A stretch of DNA of 64,000 bases from assembly GCA_000004695.1 (NCBI GenBank), contig CM000154.2, positions 2,400,001 through 2,464,000 on the forward strand. The letters run 5' to 3'. Below the pieces are notes generated by a model that was not told where the DNA came from, ran no database searches, and was given only the letters and a program-made list of their open reading frames with translations. The translations under genes and the position numbers were made by a program. The stretch's first letter is position 1; every line of letters starts with the position of its first letter. This document shows positions 40,403 to 53,089 of the stretch, one piece after another. This DNA comes from Dictyostelium discoideum. Its lineage: Eukaryota.

Positions 40403-40889
40403 ATTAATAAACAAATACATTTGGGTTAATTGAAATCAATGATTGATTTGTACTTTCAGAATAAACAATAAACTAAAATAAATAAATGAAAAAAAAAAAA
40501 AAAAAAAATTTAGGAAGGTTAGAATATTATTTTTTAAAAAATAAAATGATAATAATAAAAATAAAAATAATTAATTTAATAATTACAGTATTTGATTCTT
40601 CAACAATTAAAATATCATCAATTTCGAAATTAAGTTGTAAAGATTCACTTAAAATTGTATTATTTTCCCAAGGATCAATAATCAAAAATTGTTGTTGTTT
40701 ATAATTTTCAATAACTGCAATTGCATAAATATATTTTGAAGGTGCAGGTGAGGATGAACTTTCGGATGAAGACCATGATGACGAAGACGATGATGATGAT
40801 GAAGACGATGATGATGATGAACTTGCAAATGAAATTGATATAAAAAAAAATGAAATTATAAAAATTAAAATTGTTTTTTTAAATATCAT
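39587..40889 (-). CDS. Secreted Ser-rich protein of unknown function. Exons 40587..40889 and 39587..40288, about 335 aa
   Basis: There is a signal peptide and a poly-Ser tract. A GTAATT donor after ..EESNTV is in phase 0. The acceptor TTATTAG restores the frame (TLQSKLINKITPPIAGFEDMLQPSVF..). The intron holds an (AAAT)n microsatellite. Confidence 0.55.
40333..40404. repeat. (AAAT)n microsatellite of about 18 units inside the intron of the secreted-protein gene
   Basis: A direct read: aaataaataaataaat... Confidence 0.9.
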
Positions 40890-41550
40890 TTTATTTTATT
40901 TTATTTGTATATATTTAGTTACAAAAATATTTTTTATTGTGATAAGTTTTAAAAAAAAGTAAATAAAAAAAAAAAAAAAATAGAACACTGCGATTACAAT
41001 TGTGTTTTATATTGATTTTTTTTTTTTAATTTTTTTTTTAATTTATTATTTTAGAAAAGGTTTATTTTTTGAAAAAAAAAATCAAACACCACACGAAAGA
41101 AAAAAAAAAATCTAAAAGATATTTTTTTTTTGGGATTTTTAGATTTTTATTTTTATTATTTAGGAAATCAAATTTTAATTTTATTAATTTATGTAATCAA
41201 TAAAATGCGACATAATTTTTAGATAAAAAACTTACATTATATTATTGTTTTAATTAACTTAATTTTTTTTTTTCTTAATCCAGAAAAAAAGAATTTCATT
41301 CTTTTTGATTATTTTAATATCTTTTTTTTTTTTTTTTTTTTTTTTAAAAATCAATGTATTGTAATGATAATTCAAGTTTGCCCAATTTTGTAATTTAGGA
41401 TATTTTTAAATTGGGAAATCATAAAAAAATAATTTTCAAATTTCGAAAAGTGTGCAAACTTGAATGATTGTTACAATATTTAGATTATTTTTATTTTTAT
41501 TTTTTTTTTTTTATTATAATTTTTTTTTTATTTTTTTTTTTTTTAAACAA

Positions 41551-42522
41551 TCAATATAATTTTGGAATTTCAATATTTGATTGTTTATCTTTATCTAAAT
41601 CAGTAGAATTTGAAAGATTTGACCATTTTTCATTCTCTTTTAAATGAGACTGTAAAAGATTTGTACATTGATTTAAAGAATCTGAACCTAAAAATAAATG
41701 AGTTGGAATTTCATTCATACTTGGTAATTGAATTATAACATTTGCAGCTTTTTCAGGATCACCAATTGCAATTGGAGAATATTTATAAAACCTTTGAATT
41801 AATTCATTTGTTTTATATTCATCAATCATATTATTTGGTATTTGAAAATTACAAAAATAACCGTCATTATCATTCTCATTTTTATCTTTGTAACCAATTA
41901 CAAACCCAGTTCTGAATCCACCAGGACAAACTAAAATTACATTTACATTGAATGGTTTTAATTCTTTTTGAGCAGAGAATGTAATTGAATTGACAGCATG
42001 TTTAGTTGAAGAATATGCTGAATAGCATTTCATAGTACCCCAACCTAATGTTGAAGAAATGTTAATGATAGTACCAGACCTTTGTTTTCTAAGATATGGT
42101 GTTGAATGTCTTAGTAAATTTAAAACACCAAATACATTTACATCATAAATCTTTCGAAATTCAGTATCGGTTAATTCTTCAATTGACCCAACTAATCCAT
42201 ATCCTGCATTATTTATTACAATATCAATTCTTTGGAATTTCTTTATTGTTAACTCTATTGATTCTTTAACTGATTGATCATTAGTAATATCAGTTTTAAT
42301 AATTAATAAATTCTCTTTCTTATAATCAATTAGCTTTAATTGATTCTCTAATTTTTCTGGTGTACGAGTTAATGCTGAAATTAAATTTCCATTTTCTAAT
42401 AAATTTTTTACAATTATTAATCCAAAACCACTTGATGATCCACTTATTAACCAAACTTTTTCTTTATTATTAGTAAAATCATTATTAATATTATTATTAT
42501 GATTTTTATTATTTAATTCCAT
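41551..42522 (-). CDS. Short-chain dehydrogenase/reductase (classical SDR), 323 aa
   Basis: The motifs ISGSSSGFG (TGxxxGxG-like), NNAGYG and the catalytic S...YSSTK are present. Confidence 0.8.
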   Translation of the reverse strand: MELNNKNHNNNINNDFTNNKEKVWLISGSSSGFGLIIVKNLLENGNLISALTRTPEKLENQLKLIDYKKENLLIIKTDITNDQSVKESIELTIKKFQRIDIVINNAGYGLVGSIEELTDTEFRKIYDVNVFGVLNLLRHSTPYLRKQRSGTIINISSTLGWGTMKCYSAYSSTKHAVNSITFSAQKELKPFNVNVILVCPGGFRTGFVIGYKDKNENDNDGYFCNFQIPNNMIDEYKTNELIQRFYKYSPIAIGDPEKAANVIIQLPSMNEIPTHLFLGSDSLNQCTNLLQSHLKENEKWSNLSNSTDLDKDKQSNIEIPKLY

Positions 42523-42789
42523 TATATTATATCATAATAATTATAATAACCCCTTTTAAAAAAAATAAAATTATTATTTCTTAAATTTAATTTTTTTTTT
42601 TTTTATTTTTTAAATTATTTTTATTTTATTTATATTTTATTATTTTTTTTTTTAAAAGACTCATTTTCACCCTATTAGTATTAGTACAAAAATTCCATTA
42701 TAATATAAATTAAATGACCCCTTTTAAATAAAGAAAAATTAGTATTTCTTAAATTTAATTTTTTTATTTTTTTTTTTTAAATTTTTTTT

Positions 42790-43450
42790 ATTTTTTTTTT
42801 ATTATGTGAAATACAGCAAGGTGGTAATATGGAGAATTACCAAATAAAATTATGAATATCATTATTCAGTAATTTTAGCTTTTTTCTTGAGGTTCAGAAT
42901 CTTTTGTTTGATTCAGCTAACATTTTGATTCTTCTCTGATTTAAGGGAATAAATGATGTAGGCTAGTGATTCTGTATCAAATTCTTTCATTAAGTCTAGA
43001 ATTCACCACCTAATTATATTCTATTGAATTGATAAATGGNNNNNNNNNNNNNNNNNNNNNNNNNNNNNNNNNNNNNNNNNNNNNNNNNNNNNNNNNNNNN
43101 NNNNNNNNNNNNNNNNNNNNNNNNNNNNNNNNNNNNNNNCTCGTTCTTGCGTCTATTTTTTGAATGTTATGGACTTTTTAATATTTCATCTTAGCCATTT
43201 ATCAATTCTAACCTTGATGTGTAATGTCATGTCATTAAAGGGTTTGAGGCTTTCTGTCTTGATTCTTTTCGGCTACATTCTCTTTCTTCCTTCAAATTGC
43301 AATCAAAGTAACAAATTGTATCTGTCAAACTTAATTAAGTTGTTTGTTTACCAACTTTGTAATCTTTCAATCCATATTCTAATTTTTACGGTTTAATGCA
43401 ATAGAATATTATTAGCTTTGCCAATTGATTTCTATCAAAAAACGATACAA
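42790..43450. mobile_element. Non-coding complex repeat of roughly 65-70% A+T, likely a transposon or LTR-derived fragment, interrupted by an assembly gap
   Basis: The composition and complexity change sharply relative to the flanking poly-A/T intergenic DNA. There is no ORF. It flanks 100 Ns on both sides. Confidence 0.3.
43040..43139. other. Assembly gap (100 N)
   Basis: A run of 100 n characters, the conventional placeholder for a gap of unknown size. Confidence 1.
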
Positions 43451-43880
43451 TTGAATATTAAATCAGATAACATAGTGGAGTCTATTGTTAAATTTTTCTT
43501 GGAAATTGAAAAATCCAATAATCTTGTTAAAACTTTTTGATCATTATTTTCAATTATATAATATATTGGACTTTTTCCATATGAATCTTTCAATTTATAA
43601 AAAAAAAAAAAAAAGTTAGCAACTAAATAAAATTTAAATATTAATAAAAGTACCTACACATTTATTAATTTTTGTGTTCCTTTTTTAGTTTTTATCCCAT
43701 ACAAAAAAAAGGTGAAAAAAAAAATAATTATTATATATTATTTTTAATTCCATTTTGTAAAAAAAATAAAATTATTATTATATAATATTTTTTTATTATT
43801 TTTAAAAAAAAAAAAAAAAAAAATTATTTAAAAAAGTATTAAATATTGTGGATTAAAAAAAAAATTATTAAAAAAAAAAA

Positions 43881-44072
43881 AATAACAATATTGGTGACCA
43901 AAAAAAAAAATCACAATATTGGTGACCAAAAAAAAAAATAATATAAAATCACAGGATTGGTGATCAAAAAAAAAAATTAATAAAAAATCATAGGATTGGT
44001 GATAAAAAAATCACAATATTGGTGGTCAAAAAAAAAATTATATAAAAAAAAAAAAATCACAGGATTGGTGAT
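43881..44072. repeat. Array of 6 spaced copies of a 15-16 bp near-palindrome TCACA(AT/GG)ATTGGTGA, separated by oligo(A)
   Basis: Copies sit at about 43884, 43911, 43948, 43987, 44011 and 44057, in two subtypes (..AATATTGGTGA and ..AGGATTGGTGA). TCACCAATATTGGTGA would be a perfect palindrome. The array lies 70-260 bp upstream of the WD40 gene ATG at 44140. Confidence 0.85.
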
Positions 44073-44139
44073 GAAAAAAAAAAATTATTAAAAAAAAAAA
44101 AAAAAAAAAGTCAATTTCAAAAAAAAACTGCAATGTGAA

Positions 44140-45479
44140 ATGAATAAAGAAGCCAGTAATAATAATAATAGTGCACCAGACCCATATTATATATTAAGAG
44201 GACATAAATTTAATGTAAACTCAGTTTTATTTGATAAAGTCAATCCAAACTTACTGTATTCTGGGTATGAAATTGAAAAAACACACACACATTCATATTT
44301 AAGAAAACAATAAATTTATTTAAAAGGTATCACTAACAAATATAAAAACAAAACAAAAATTATTAACATTAACAATAATAACATTAAAAATAATATTAAT
44401 TATTATTACTATTATTATTATTATTATTTTTATAAAAATAGATCAGGAGATGGTGAATTAAAATTATGGAATATTGAAGAAAAGAAATGTATATCAACAC
44501 AAATAGCACATTCAGAAGGTATTGGAGGTGGTGTATTATCATTACAATGGTTATCAAATGATAATAATAATGAAAATAATAATAATAATGATGAAATTTG
44601 TGGTAATATATTAAGTCAAGGTAGAGATGGAGTTATTAAAATATGGAGTATAATTGATAATTGTACATTTAAAAACACATATAGATTAGAAACCAATTCA
44701 TTATCATTAGGTAAATGTTCAAGTTTATCATCTAATCTACTATCAATATCAGGTAGTGCTATTGATCCAACATCATCAACATCACAAGTTGAAATTTGGG
44801 ATTTAAAGAATAAACAAGTTATAAATAAATTAAAACCAAATAATCAACAATTATTTGAAAAATTAGGTTTACCAATGTCTTTAAAATTATATTATGAAAA
44901 TGAAAATAATGATAATAGCAATCAATCAAATGATCAAATTAGATTATGTACTGGTTATGAAAATGGTGAATTATTAATATGGGATTTAAGAAATACTTCA
45001 ATACCATTAGTATCTTCAAAATTACATAATGAACCAATCTTATCATTTGCATTATCAAATAATTCAACTAAAGGTATATCAGGTTCTGGTGATACAAATA
45101 TTATTGAATTTAATATAAATTATGAATCTGTAAATATTATTATTACAAAAATAAATTTATTATTATTTTTAATATTAATACTAATTTTATGTATATATTA
45201 ATAAAAAAATAGAAACAATTTAATATTACAAAAACTCATAAATTAAATAATGGTGGTATTTCAGAAATTAAAATTAGAAATGATGAAAAAATTTATGCAA
45301 CTGCTGGATGGGATAAAAGAATTAGAATTTTTAATTTTAAAAAGCAAACACCATTAGCAATTTTAAAATATCATACAGAAAGTGTTTATTCAATTGATTT
45401 TAATTCAAATAATATTTTAGCATCAGGTTCAAAAGATTGCAAAATAGCATTATGGGATATTTATACTACAAAGAAATAA
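44140..45479 (+). CDS. WD40-repeat protein. Exons 44140..44264, 44442..45129 and 45213..45479
   Basis: The sequences [39 protein letters not shown] and [12 protein letters not shown] are WD-repeat signatures. A GTATGA donor in phase 2 is followed by the acceptor aaatag at 44440-44441 (..[14 protein letters not shown]). A GTAAAT donor in phase 0 is followed by the acceptor AG at 45211-45212. Confidence 0.7.
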
Positions 45480-45520
45480 TAAACATATAAATAAATATAT
45501 TTATTTTTTATTTTTATTTT

Positions 45521-45532
45521 TTAAATAATATT

Positions 45533-45585
<53 letters not shown>

Positions 45586-47671
45586 TAAAATTTTTATTTT
45601 GACTATGAATAATCCTTTCATTACCATCATAATTCTTTTTTATATAAACTTGAATTGAAAATAAAGCTGAAGGTGTTATACCAGAGATTTTTGAAGCAGA
45701 AGAGAAATTTGTTGGACGAGCTTTTGATAGAATTTGTTTTGATTCTGTTGATAATTGAGAAATATCCCAATAGTTTAAAGATGGTGGTATTAATTGATTC
45801 TCTCTTTTACGTAGATTATTGAATTCAATAACATGTTTATCTACATAATTTGAATATTTACATTCACTATCAATGATTGATATATATAGTGGTGGTATTT
45901 TCTCCAAGAGATCAGTTGGTAAATAACGTTTAATCAAATTGAAATCAACATGTGGTCTTCTTAGAATTTCAAATAGTGATTTCTTTTCATGTACATTTTC
46001 AATACCACATTGGGTTAAATATTCTGATGGTGATTTTTTAATTTCTTTTAATTTACTGTAAACTTGATCTAGCAATGATTGTTTCTCTTTTAACGCTTGC
46101 AATTGGTGATTTGAGGCACTACCAAATTCAAATGCCTTTTCGGTTAATCTTTGGTCGGAATTATGAGCACGTAATGATATACGATACTCTGAACGACTTG
46201 TAAACATTCTATAAGGTTCAGTTACGCCCAATGTCACCAAATCATCGATTAATACGCCAATGTACCCCTCGGATCTGCTAATGATCATTGGGGGACGATT
46301 TTGATGGGAGAGACTTGCATTTATACCCGCGACAATACCTTGAGCACCTGCTTCCTCGTAACCAGTGGTACCGTTGATTTGACCGGCTAAAAACAGACCA
46401 CTGATTTTTTTAGTCTCCAATGTATGATTGAGTTCCCTTGGGTCTATATAATCATACTCTACGGCGTAGCCTGGTTTTAACATTTTCACATTCTCCAAGC
46501 CTGGTATGGTTTTTAAAAATTTCATTTGTACATCCTCTGGTAGGGAAATCGAGATACCGTTTGGGTAGATCACATCGGTGGTGTACCCCTCGGGCTCTAT
46601 CCACACTTGGTGGGTCTTGCCTTGGAATCGCTCGATCTTTGTCTCAATCGATGGGCAATAACGTGGGCCTAAACCTTTACCATCTTCACCCGACTCTAAT
46701 GCGGGTCTACTTGAAAGATTATCAATGATGATTTGATGAGACTCTTCAGTGGTTCTCGTCATAAAACATTTCAATTGTCTTTGATCATTCTTTACCTTAC
46801 TATTACTAAATGAGAATGGTAATGGTATCTCATCACCAACTTGCTCAACCATCACACTATAATCAATTGACTTACCATCCAATCTTGGTGGTGTACCAGT
46901 CTTTAATCTCCCCAATTCAAACCCTATCCTATTCAATGTCAATGATAATGCAGTGGCAGCTTTATCTCCCATTCTACCAGATGGTATTCGTTTATTACCA
47001 ATATGAATTATACCACCTAAAAATGTACCTGTAGTAATCACAACTTTCTTACATTTTATAATTTCACCATTATCCAAAATTATACCTTTAATTGTTTTTT
47101 TATTTTTACCATTGTCCCCTTCCTCTCCTCCTTCTTCTTCATCTAAAATTATATCTTCAACCATACCTTCTTTAATTGATAAATTACCACCATTGTCTTG
47201 AGTGATTTTCCATAATAAATTATGAATTGATTCTCTATATAATTCACGATCGATTTGAGCACGTGGACCATGTACTGCACTACCTTTACTTTGATTTAAA
47301 ACTTTAAATTGACAACCACTTTCATCAGCTGCCAAACCCATTATACCACCGATTGCATCGATCTCTCTAACTAAATTACCTTTACCAACACCACCAATAG
47401 ATGGATTACATGACATTACACCAATAGTATCAATACTTTGAGTTATCAATAATGTTTTACTACCAACTCTTGCTGAGGCTGCTGATGCTTCTGTACCTGC
47501 ATGTCCACCACCAATTACAATCACATCAAATTCTTTAATTTCATTTTCATTCTTTAATGGTGATTTAAATAATTTTTCATTAATTTTATTATTATTATTA
47601 TTATCATTATTATTGCTTTCTTCTTTTAAAATATTTGTTGAAAATAATCTTTTATTATTATTTATTATTGA

Positions 47672-47728
<57 letters not shown>

Positions 47729-47857
47729 TATTATTAAATTATTATTATTATAATAATTAATTATATTTTTATTAAAATAATAATTATTTAATAATATTTT
47801 ATTTTTATTTAATTTTAATGATTCTTTGAATATGTTTTTATTTAAACATTTTAACAT
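45521..47857 (-). CDS. mto1: Mitochondrial tRNA uridine-5-carboxymethylaminomethyl modification enzyme (MnmG/GidA homolog, MTO1), 778 aa, with a presequence and a C-terminal poly-Q
   Basis: The FAD-binding [16 protein letters not shown] is present and GidA-family similarity runs throughout. The N-terminus is an Asn-rich extension. The C-terminal (CAA)18 encodes Q18. Confidence 0.8.
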
Positions 47858-48282
47858 TTTTTCGTAAATTAATTAAAAAAAAAAAGTAAAAAAAAAAAAA
47901 TCACACTTGTCAGGTGTGGTGAATCGATTTTTCAAAGTATTTATTTTTTTTTTTTTAAATTTTTTTTTTTTTTTTTTTAATTTTTTTTAATTTTTTTTTT
48001 TTTTTTTTTTTTTTTTTCATTTTTAATTTAATATATTACAAATTCCATCTACATCCAAATTAACACATAAAAAAAATATAAAATAATAATAAAAAAAAAA
48101 CAATAATTTTATAAGCAATAAATATTTATTTACATATGTTTTATTATTAATATTATAATTTTTTATTTATATATATATATATTTTTTTTTTTAATGAACC
48201 AAAGTAAATAAAAAAAGTGTATATGACATTTTTTTTTTTTTTTAATAGATATATTAATATATATCAAATAAATAAATAAATA

Positions 48283-48856
48283 ATGTCATCACCATCAAAT
48301 TCATCACCTATTAAAATTGATTCTACAACGACAGCAGCAACAACAACAACACAAGGAAGTGGTAGTACAATTAATATTGAAACAGCAAATAAAAATGAAT
48401 TAATCGAATTTATAAAGAAACAAGCAATTCATATTAAAAAATATGAAAATAAATATTCAACAGTGATTGAAACTTATAAGAAATTAAAGAATGAAAATTT
48501 GGAATTAATTAAAAAGCAACAAAATCAAGAAGAAGAAATTTCATTATCAAAACAAACTTCAAATTCAATCATTGAATCATTACAATCTGAAATCAATAAA
48601 TTATCATCATCTTCAAATACTCTACAAAAAATGAAAGAACAAATTGAAGAGAATCTACAAAATAGATTTCAACATGAGAAATCATTATTTCAAGATGAAA
48701 TTAAATCATTACAATCTCAAAAACAAGATTTACAATTAAAATTACAAAATATTGAACAACAACATCAATTAGAATTACAACAACAACATCAAAAAATTCA
48801 ACAAGAATTTCAACAAGAAATTATAAAACAAAAACAAGATTTTGAAAATTTAATTC

Positions 48857-48906
<50 letters not shown>

Positions 48907-50566
48907 GATTTAAAACAAGAAGATCAACAACCAAAACAATTAAATAAACAATTAAATTATGATAGTGACTATTTAGAAAGTTTACCATTGGAGAAAAAGA
49001 TTAATATAATATTAGAAGAAGAAATAACAGAAGAAGATGAAGAAAAAGAAAATAAGAATAAAGAGGAAAAAAATATAAATAATTTAGTTGAAGCTGAAGA
49101 AGAAGAAGAAATTAATAATAGTGATAGTAATAATAATACAAAAGAATTTTATGAAAAATTTATAAATGAAAAAGAAAAAACAATTGAATTTTTAAATAAA
49201 CAAAAACAAGAGATTGAAGAAATGGTATTGGAATTTAAAGATGAAATTCAAAGTTTAAAGAAATTAAATCAAGATAAAGATATTGAATTGGAACAAGTTA
49301 AAGAGAATCTACAACAGATCGTTGAAAAGAATAATGTAACTAAAACTGAAATCATTAATAATAATGTACAAGCTGAAGAAGAGTTTACAATTCAAATCAA
49401 AAAGTTGGAGAATGAATTAGCTGAAAATAAATCTCTTTTAGAATTAAAGAATGATCAAATTGCAAAATTGAATACATATAGTGATGAGAAAATGGCGAAA
49501 TTAAAATCACTTTTACTTGGTGCTCAAAAACATGTTTCAGAACAAAAGAAACAAATCAATGACAAGTCCAATGAAATCTCACAATTGAAAGAAACAATTG
49601 AAAATTTAGATAAGAATCAATCAGAAAATGAATTACTTTCAAATGAATATGATGAAATGAAAAATAATTATGAATATAATTCTCAAAGAATTAAATTATT
49701 AGAATCTCAACTATCACAAACAAATCAATCATTATTATCAATTCAAAATGAATATAATGATTATAAAATTAAAGTTCATTATGCAATTAAAAAGAATCAA
49801 TTTGATGATGATGATAATGATGATGATGATGATGACGACGATGATAATAATAATAATAATAACAAAAATGATAAAGATAAAATAAATCAAGATGATAATA
49901 ATCAAAAAGAAAATGATAATTTAGAAAATAATAATGATCAAAATGATGAAAATTTAAATAATTTAGAAAATGACAATCTAAAAAATATCAACAATAATCA
50001 AATCATTGAAAATTTAAAGAATACATTTGAAATTGAAAAGAATCAGTTAAATGAAACCATTCAATCATTATCAGATCAAGAGAAACTATATAAAAAAGAG
50101 ATTTCAAAGATTACTGATCAATATGAAGATTCAAAAGATAATATAATAATTTTAAATTCAAAGATTCAAAATTTAAATCAAATTATTGAAACTTTAAAAG
50201 ATGATTTAAGTCAACAACAACAACAGCAACAACAACAAATAACACAAACAAAACAAGATCAACCAATAGAAAATAATAATAAAATTAATAATAACAATAA
50301 TAACGATAGTGATAATAATAATAATAATGATAATAATAATAATAAGGTTGAACAAATTAAATTAACATATGAAAATGAAATTAAATTAAAAGAAGAGAAA
50401 TATATTGAATTACAATCACAAATGAATTTATTTAAAAAAACAAATAATTCTGTTTTGAGAGAAAAAGATAAACAATTACAAGATCAAAAGAAACAAATCG
50501 AATCTTTAATAGAGGATTTGGAATCATTTAAAAATAGTAATAATAATAATAATAGTAATATTAACA

Positions 50567-50604
<38 letters not shown>

Positions 50605-51363
50605 TTAACAACAACCACAACTACAACTACAACATCTACCATTAGTCCAGTTACTAGTGAAAACTATAATAAATTATCACCATATTCATTATCAAATGAA
50701 AATGAAGTTTTTAATAATGATAGTGATAATGAAAAAATTGATGATATTAATAAATTTAATCTTGAAAATTTAATTAATTTTAATTCAACAAATAATTCAA
50801 TTTATAATAATAATAGTAATAATAATAATAATAGTAATAATAATAATAATAACAATAATAGTGGTAATAGATATATAAATAAAATTAGAAAACCAATTAA
50901 TTATATGGGTAATAATACAGATAATAATAATAATAATGATTTAAATGGTATAATTGAAATGGTGAAATCTGATAAAACTCCAACAGAAGTTGAGAATCTT
51001 TTACAAAATTTTGCAAGTAAACAAGCTGGAAGGGATGAGGAATTAAGAAAATGTCAAATTGAAATCAATAAATTAAAATACCTATTAGAAGAAAGTGAAT
51101 CAAATGAACAAAGACATCTTGAACAAGAGAAAGTATTAAAAGAAGAAATTAGAAGTTTAGAAAGAAACGTTAACTTGGGTAACCTTCAACCAATGTATTT
51201 AAAGAATATATTATTAAAATTCATCGAAACTGATGATAGTGATTCTTTATTACCCGTATTAACAACTGTTATGCAATTCACTCCTGATGAAGTTAAACGT
51301 GCCACTGACGCTGTGAAAGCTAGGAAAAAAGATAATAATTATTGGAAAGTTAAATTATTTTAA
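48283..51363 (+). CDS. Long coiled-coil golgin-like protein with a C-terminal GRIP domain, 1026 aa
   Basis: About 900 aa of heptad-rich E/K/Q/L sequence is followed by the GRIP signature ..GNLQPMYLKNILLKFIETDDSDSLLPVLTTVMQFTPDEV. Confidence 0.7.
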
Positions 51364-51918
51364 AAATAATAAAAACAAAAATATTTATATACATTATAAA
51401 TTATTTATATTAAAATAAATAATTATTGTCTGTTTTTTTTTTTTTTTTTTTTTAAACCACTAAATCGGTCCCCGAGTATTAATTTAAAATAAATTTAATT
51501 TTGGTGTTATCAACACTTAATAAAATATAAATAATTATTTATGTTTTTAATTTAAAAAAAATCTATTTTTATTTTGTATTTTTAAATTTTTTATTATTAT
51601 TATCTGTTTTTTATTTTTTTTTTATTTTTTAATTCCAAAAATAATAGATACAGATATTTGATCACTCAAATTTTTATTATTTTTTATTTTTATTTTTTTT
51701 TATATTTATTTTTTTTATTTTATTTTCATACCAAATTTGTTAATTAATTTTATTTAATTTCATATTTTATTTTTTTTTTTTTTTCCAACAGATTCACTAG
51801 TTAAAATAAAACAAAATAAAAAAAATATTAAAGATTAACAAAATAAATTTTCATTAATTATTTTCTTTTTATTCAACATTAATTATTTTAAAAATTGTTT
51901 AAATAATATATTATAAAA

Positions 51919-52870
51919 ATGGTAAAAGGAAAGAGTAAAAAAGTAGTAACCTCAACGATTCAAGAAGAAAATGTCTCAAAAGAACCATTGGCTCCAATTG
52001 TCCCAATTGTTCCTGACATTTTAAGGAATGAAGAAGAATTGGTTTTTATTGAAATAGAGAAAAGAGATAAAAATGAAATAGTTAATGTTCCAATAACACA
52101 AACAAATCCAGTTGTTCAAACAAATAACAAAACCAATAATAAAAATAATATTAATAATAACAATAATAATAATAATAACAATAATAATAATAATATTAAT
52201 AATAATAATAAAAATAATAAAGTAAAGAAAACAACCACAACAACAAAAAAAAATAACGAAAAATCAAATGAAAAACAAAAGAGTGTAAAATTTGCAAATA
52301 AAATAAATGAGTCTCGTTCAGCTCGTGCTGATTTAACATTTCCAGTTTCTCGTATTGAAAAAATGATTAGAGAAGGAAGATTTGTATGTATATATTTATA
52401 TATATTCCCATAAAAAAAATAAATATTTTTCAATTTTAATACTAATTTATTTTAATTTTCTATATATATTTCAGACCAAACGTTGTTCATCAGATGCTCC
52501 TGTATTTTTAGCAGCTGTTTTAGAATATTTAACTTTGGAAATATTAGAACTTTCAATTACATATGCAAATCAAAAAAATAAAACAAGAATTACACCACAA
52601 CATATTCATTTATCGATTTGTTGTGATGCAGAATTGAATGATTTATTAAAAAGTAAGTTTTTTTTTATTTAATATATTTTCTTAATGTTTACTAACTAAA
52701 TTAATATTATAATCAATAAATTTTAAATAGATGTTACAATTGCCAATGGTGGTGTTCCAAAATTTATTCATCCTATTTTATTGGACACACCTAAAAAAAA
52801 AGGTCATCAACAAAATATGAATGAAAATGATATTTCAAAAGAAAAAGATATAAAATCAAGTAAAAATTAA
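51919..52870 (+). CDS. Divergent histone H2A-fold variant with a roughly 115-aa Asn/Lys-rich N-terminal extension. Exons 51919..52383, 52475..52652 and 52731..52870
   Basis: SRSARADLTFPVSRIEKMIREGRF aligns with canonical [24 protein letters not shown]. Exon 2 has APVFLAAVLEYLTLEILEL...KTRITPQHIHLSI...AELNDLL. Exon 3 has VTIANGGV. Introns start GTATGT and GTAAGT with consistent phases. Confidence 0.7.
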
Positions 52871-53089
52871 ACCACCATCTAAATAGATTTATCATATATT
52901 TTTTCTTTTTTTTTTTTTTTATGTAAATAATTTTTAAAAAACAAATAAAATAAACAAAAAAATTAAAATTTTTTAAAAAAAAAACCTATTATTTTATTAT
53001 GTACATTGTTATAAAATATATTATTATTATTACTATTATTATTATTATATATTTAGTTGATTATTATTTATTATTATTTATTAATAAAA

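Noticed and set aside
43881-44072. Spaced tandem repeats considered as a CRISPR-like array
   Set aside because: This is a eukaryotic AT-rich nuclear genome. The spacers are oligo(A), not unique sequence. There are no cas genes. It is better explained as a promoter motif array or TE subterminal repeats.
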